From the NCBI GenBank assembly GCA_035939715.1, contig DASZFN010000971.1:1-10724 (forward strand): a DNA stretch of 10,724 nt, read 5' to 3'. The position numbers and the translations under genes were made by a program. The notes under the pieces were generated by a model. The model was not told the DNA's origin. It searched no databases and saw only the letters and a program-made list of their open reading frames with translations. Source of the stretch: Gemmataceae bacterium. Its GTDB lineage: Bacteria; Planctomycetota; Planctomycetia; Gemmatales; Gemmataceae. Shown in pieces: positions 7,328 to 10,724 of the stretch. The stretch's first letter is position 1, and the number at the start of each line of letters is the position of its first letter.

Positions 7328-8782
7328 ATGGAGCAGACGTCATCCGCGGCCTACCCGAACATCCTGGCCGTGGATTACCTCAAGAAGGCCCGTGTGGCCT
7401 CTCCTCAGATCCTCATGACCGCGGAGAATTACCTGAACGTCGGCTACCAGAAGCTCCTCACGTTTGAACGGCCAGGCGGCGGCTTTGACTGGTGGGGCAG
7501 CGGCCCGCCCATCGTCTGGCTCAGCGCCTACGGCTTGCAAGAATTCAACGACATGGCCAAGGTCTATCCCATCGACCGCGGCGTCATCGACCGCACCCAG
7601 CAATGGCTCATGAAGCAGCGCGAAGCGGACGGCGCCTGGTCCAACATCGGCGCCACGCACAGCGAAACGATCGCCCAGATGGGCAATCCCAAGCTGCTGC
7701 TGACCAGCTACGTGGTCTGGTCCCTGGTTGATAGCGGCATGCGCATTCCCGAGCTGGAGAAATCGATTAACTATATCCGCAAGCACGTGGACGAGGCGGG
7801 CGACAATGCCTACATCCTCGCGCTGGCTGCCAACGCGCTGGCTGCGTGGGATGCCAAGGACGACAGCACCCTCGTGGTCCTGCAAAAACTGGACAAACTC
7901 AAGGCCGCGAAGCCCGAATGGAAAGCGCTCAGCTTCCCGACGCGAGGCCAATCGCTCAGCTATGCGCACGGCGACAGCCTCACGGTGGAGACCACCGCCC
8001 TGGCCGCCCTGGCCATGTTGAAAACGGACCAGTTCACGAACAGCGTCAACGAAGCGCTGACGTTCCTGGTGAAAAGCAAGCAGTCGAACGGCACCTGGGG
8101 AAGCACGTCGGCGACGATTCTATCGCTCAAGGCCCTGGTCGCCGGCATGAGCGGCACGAAACAGGAAGGCAAGGCCGAGTTTGTTATCAAGGTGAACGGC
8201 AAGGAGGCAGGCAAAGGCGAAGTCACCGAGCAAAACGCCGACGTCCTGCAGGCGTTCGACCTCAAGGAATTCACCCAGCCCGGCCACAACGAAGTCCAGA
8301 TCGATGTGAACGGCAAGACCAACCTTATGTACCAGATCGTCGGCCGGCACTTCGAGCCCTGGAAGCTGCAGCCCGGCATTGCCGGTCAGAAGCCGCCGCT
8401 TGAGGTGACCGTCGATTATGACCGCACCAGTCTCTCGACGGCGGACCTGTTGCGCGCCAAGGCAACCTTACGCTACCATGGCGATCGGCCGACCTACATG
8501 GTGATCGTCGATCTCGGCATCGCTCCCGGTTTCACGGTGGACGCCGGCGATTTCGCGGAAATGGTGAGCCAGAAAAAAATCCAGAAGTTCAGCGTCACGG
8601 CCCGCCAGGTGACCCTCTACCTCGGCGACATCAAGCCGGGCGATGTGAAGACGTTTGAGTACAGCCTGAAGCCGAAATACCCGATCAAGGCCAAGACACC
8701 GGCGACCGTGGCATATGAGTATTACACGCCGGCCAACCAGGCGACGGCTCAACCAGTCGAGTTGGTGGTTGGCGACAGATGA
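7328..8782 (+). CDS. Alpha-2-macroglobulin family protein, C-terminal 484 codons (thioester domain plus receptor-binding/MG8-like domain), in the same frame as the upstream ORF
   Basis: It begins MEQTSSAAYPNILAVDYL, which aligns to [18 protein letters not shown] immediately after the human A2M thioester Cys. The alpha-helical TED follows (ERPGGGFDWW, ADGAWS repeats), then the C-terminal A2M_recep-like segment (PTYMVIVDLGIAPGFTV...). The frame is identical to 3704..7324. The ATG abuts the TGA with no independent SD. The stop is TGA at 8780-8782. Confidence 0.85.
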   Translation: MEQTSSAAYPNILAVDYLKKARVASPQILMTAENYLNVGYQKLLTFERPGGGFDWWGSGPPIVWLSAYGLQEFNDMAKVYPIDRGVIDRTQQWLMKQREADGAWSNIGATHSETIAQMGNPKLLLTSYVVWSLVDSGMRIPELEKSINYIRKHVDEAGDNAYILALAANALAAWDAKDDSTLVVLQKLDKLKAAKPEWKALSFPTRGQSLSYAHGDSLTVETTALAALAMLKTDQFTNSVNEALTFLVKSKQSNGTWGSTSATILSLKALVAGMSGTKQEGKAEFVIKVNGKEAGKGEVTEQNADVLQAFDLKEFTQPGHNEVQIDVNGKTNLMYQIVGRHFEPWKLQPGIAGQKPPLEVTVDYDRTSLSTADLLRAKATLRYHGDRPTYMVIVDLGIAPGFTVDAGDFAEMVSQKKIQKFSVTARQVTLYLGDIKPGDVKTFEYSLKPKYPIKAKTPATVAYEYYTPANQATAQPVELVVGDR

Positions 8783-8799
8783 AGTGTTGCAGCTAACAT

Positions 8800-9207
8800 T
8801 TAATACTCGAAGGTTCTGAGGGATCGCTGTTTGTCAAACTGGACGACAAAGGCATCGAAGAACCCGTCACGGCCTAACAACAGCGGGGCATCGCCTTCGG
8901 CGAAACAAATTGGAAGAAGAATTTCTTTGCGTGCCTCGGCAACAAAAACTGTAACCTCGTGTAGCCTCGCGAGGACGACGCATTCGTCTCGTTGGGAAAC
9001 GCCTCGGATTTCAGTGTGAATTCCTGCATTCCACGTGAGCCCCAGAAGTTCGCACAGTTTCCGAGGGCCGACACTGGTATCCGCGCCAGAGTCTACGACA
9101 AACAACCTACGGGTTCTTCTGCCCTTCGTTCTCTGAAACGACACATAAAGAACCGGGGTGAGAACACCGTTCTCTTCCAGCAATGCCCATGGTTTCGTGA
9201 ACTTCAT
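8800..9207 (-). CDS. Retropepsin-like (clan AA) aspartic protease, single-domain
   Basis: 135 aa. The catalytic signature LFVVDSGADTSV (hydrophobic-hydrophobic-D-S/T-G-A) follows a beta-hairpin region. The C-terminal motif LLLGRDGFFDAFVVQFD resembles the ILG-x-DFL motif of the retropepsin dimer interface. The ATG at 9207-9205 overlaps the TGA of the upstream gene (ATGA). The stop is TAA at 8800-8802. The region has ~50% GC. Confidence 0.7.
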   Translation of the reverse strand: MKFTKPWALLEENGVLTPVLYVSFQRTKGRRTRRLFVVDSGADTSVGPRKLCELLGLTWNAGIHTEIRGVSQRDECVVLARLHEVTVFVAEARKEILLPICFAEGDAPLLLGRDGFFDAFVVQFDKQRSLRTFEY

Positions 9208-9482
9208 CGGTAGACAATTCGTCCAGGTCTTTCTAAACGCGCCACCACAATTCTATCCTGATCAATGTCGCCCAGGTTTTTGTAGAGGTCCTCCATCGTA
9301 TCCCCGAAGGCAACAATCTGGCAGTCCTTTGCAGCGATCCACTTACCCCGATACTGGCGCAGAATGTCGGATGGCAGGTGGGTAAGCCAGTCAGCAGTGG
9401 AATCGGTCGCGCGGATGATCTCTTCTTCCTCCGGGGTCGGATGCCAATCCTTGATGATCGCCTTGGTAGTCTTTCTAATCAT
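9204..9482 (-). CDS. Small hypothetical protein (92 aa) translationally coupled to the retropepsin-like protease
   Basis: The ATG at 9482 is preceded by GGGAGG with 6-nt spacing. The listed ORF's upstream extension to 9578 would overlap the DUF433 gene and lacks an SD. The protein, MIRKTTKAIIKDWHPTPEEEEIIRATD...YRGKWIAAKDCQIVAFGDTMEDLYKNLGDIDQDRIVVARLE, is acidic in its N-terminal part and carries a conserved-looking Y-x-GKW-[IV]-A...iva-G-T-eel motif. Its stop overlaps the protease start. Confidence 0.5.
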   Translation of the reverse strand: MIRKTTKAIIKDWHPTPEEEEIIRATDSTADWLTHLPSDILRQYRGKWIAAKDCQIVAFGDTMEDLYKNLGDIDQDRIVVARLERPGRIVYR

Positions 9483-9513
9483 GGGTTGCCTCCCGCGCCG
9501 CGAGTTTATCAAC

Positions 9514-9795
9514 CTATTCGTCATCCTCTTCATTCGCGCGAATTGCCTGTTCGATTTCCCGCGAGTTATGCCGAGCATACTCCCGCGCTGCTGCCAGGTC
9601 TGCCCGCGTTAGCGAGGGGTAGTTGTCAAGTATCTGTTGCTCCGTCAACCCCTTTCCCTTTAGGGAATTCAGCAACCATACCATGATTCGCGTGTTTCGG
9701 ATACACGCGTCGCCACCGCAGACTCCGGCTGTCTTCCGAATCAGCGGCTCTCCGGCCGCGTCTACCGCTACTGCTTTTGACTCTAAAGCGCTCAT
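9514..9795 (-). CDS. DUF433 domain protein (second copy)
   Basis: 93 aa. GVCGGDACIRNTRIMVWLLNSLKGKGLTEQQILDNYPSLTRADLAAAREYARHN matches the DUF433 consensus strongly (cGG.p.IrgTRi.V..vl..l..G.s.eeIl.dYP.Lt..di.AAl.YA). An SD-like GAGGAA lies 8 nt upstream of the ATG at 9795. The C-terminal tail is acidic (EEDDE). Confidence 0.75.
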   Translation of the reverse strand: MSALESKAVAVDAAGEPLIRKTAGVCGGDACIRNTRIMVWLLNSLKGKGLTEQQILDNYPSLTRADLAAAREYARHNSREIEQAIRANEEDDE

Positions 9796-9908
9796 GCGAC
9801 GTTCCTCTAATTGCCCTTCTCCAGCGCTAGGATATCAGAAAAGCAATAAGGACGCCAAGTTGCCTTGACGTCCCTTGAAATTCAGTAGTGGCTAAGTCCG
9901 TGTTGATT

Positions 9909-10226
9909 TTAGGCAGGGCTAATCCTCAGACTGCCTGCACTATGGAACACGGCAAACCGCCCGAAGCAACCAAGGTTCCGTAACGCCGTGGCGGCTGCTT
10001 TAATTCTGGCCGGAAAACGAGATTCATCACGCTCCCATTCTGCCTCAAACTTATCGCGGTTGTTTCCGTCGATAGTGACTCTGACATCTCCGGTATAACC
10101 GTCCCTTGGCGCCTTAAATGCAAGCTCGACCAACCGGCCAAGCCTAGCGTCTCGCATGCCTGACTTGATGGCCTTCTCACACGGCGCGACAAATCTAGAC
10201 TGCTTCACGTTAAAGCGAATCTTCAT
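9909..10226 (-). CDS. Hypothetical protein (105 aa)
   Basis: AGGAG is followed after 8 nt by the ATG at 10226. The ORF (MKIRFNVKQSRFVAPCEKAIKSGMRDARLGRLVELAFKAPRDGYTGDVRVTIDGNNRDKFEAEWERD...) has balanced composition, unlike the R/P/G-rich antisense artefacts. No family was recognised. It sits 39 nt downstream of the EF-G stop on the same strand, with no terminator between them. Confidence 0.45.
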   Translation of the reverse strand: MKIRFNVKQSRFVAPCEKAIKSGMRDARLGRLVELAFKAPRDGYTGDVRVTIDGNNRDKFEAEWERDESRFPARIKAAATALRNLGCFGRFAVFHSAGSLRISPA

Positions 10227-10265
10227 GGCAAAGTCTCCTGGGCGAATTCGGACGGGATGTAGTAC

Positions 10266-10724
10266 TTAGCTCGCCGCCCGCAAATCCGCCAGCTCTTCCT
10301 TCACCGACGCGTAATGGCTCGGCTCCATGCTGAAGCTGGCCGTGCCGCTGGTGAAGTTGCGGAGTTCGCTCGTATAGCCGAACAGCTCGGCCAGCGGCAC
10401 GTAGGCGTGCAACTGGCAGCGGCCTTTTTCCAGGCTGGAGTCGAGGATCTCGCCGCGCCGCCGGCTGACGTCGCGCGTCAGGTCGCCGATGTACTGGCCG
10501 GGGGCGTGCACGACCACGTTCATGATCGGCTCCAGCAACACCAGACCGGCTCTGGCTTGGGCGTCGCGGAAGCACTCCATGGCCGCCAGCTTGAAGGCGT
10601 CCTGGGAGCTGTCCACTTCGTGCGACTTGCCGTCGAAGAGCGTCGCCTGGATATCCACGCACGGGAAGTTGTACTTGGCGCCCTTGGCAGTCGCCAGGCG
10701 GAAGCCCGCCTCGACCGCCGGGAT
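10266..10724 (-). CDS. fusA: Elongation factor G, C-terminal portion (domains IV-V); partial, continues beyond the right edge
   Basis: The translation from the window edge, IPAVEAGFRLATAKGAKYNFPCVDIQATLFDGKSHEVDSSQDAFKLAAMECFRDAQARAGLVLLEPIMNVVVHAPGQYIGDLTRDVSRRRGEIL...ELFGYTSELRNFTSGTASFSMEPSHY, aligns with EF-G (IPAVEKG...LYDGSYHDVDSSE.AFKIA...PVLLEPIM.VEV..P....GDVIGDLN.RRG.I...PL.EMFGYAT.LRS.T.GRA.Y.ME). The ORF-track M at 10658 is an internal GTG (Val). The stop is TAA at 10266-10268. It could be an EF-G paralog. Confidence 0.85.
   Translation of the reverse strand: MPAVEAGFRLATAKGAKYNFPCVDIQATLFDGKSHEVDSSQDAFKLAAMECFRDAQARAGLVLLEPIMNVVVHAPGQYIGDLTRDVSRRRGEILDSSLEKGRCQLHAYVPLAELFGYTSELRNFTSGTASFSMEPSHYASVKEELADLRAAS

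Noticed and set aside
9204-9578. Full 124-aa version of the small-protein ORF starting at 9578
   Set aside because: The N-terminal 32 codons would overlap the DUF433 gene by 65 nt and lack an SD. The internal ATG at 9482 has a GGGAGG SD at ideal spacing, so the shorter 92-aa product is preferred.
1-10724. Mobile-element signatures (transposase, integrase, terminal inverted repeats, flanking direct repeats, tRNA att site) around the low-GC islet
   Set aside because: No transposase or integrase-like ORF and no convincing flanking repeats were found by eye. The islet is called only on GC shift and gene content, so no mobile_element feature is reported.

Overview
This is a high-GC (~63%) bacterial chromosomal window with two lower-GC (~50%) patches. 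From left to right the features are as follows. A DUF1801/YdhG-like protein on the + strand converges on a small orphan DUF433 protein on the - strand. A two-gene NfeD-flotillin (SPFH/band-7) membrane-microdomain operon lies on the - strand. A 420-bp divergent regulatory region contains an operator-like palindrome. A very large secreted alpha-2-macroglobulin (A2M)-family gene on the + strand (about 1,692 codons in total) is interrupted by a single in-frame TGA, which sits exactly at the thioester cysteine of the C-x-E-Q motif (it reads G-*-M-E-Q). A hairpin begins 11 nt downstream of that TGA, so this is either a selenocysteine (selenoester) A2M, a very recent split, or a sequencing error. A ~1.5-kb low-GC islet on the - strand carries four genes: a 105-aa hypothetical protein, a second DUF433 protein, a 92-aa protein, and a retropepsin-like aspartic protease whose start overlaps the 92-aa gene's stop by ATGA. 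The 3' end of an EF-G (fusA-like) gene runs off the right edge. No rRNA, tRNA, CRISPR array or transposase was seen. The long antisense ORFs opposite the flotillin and A2M genes were judged to be high-GC artefacts.
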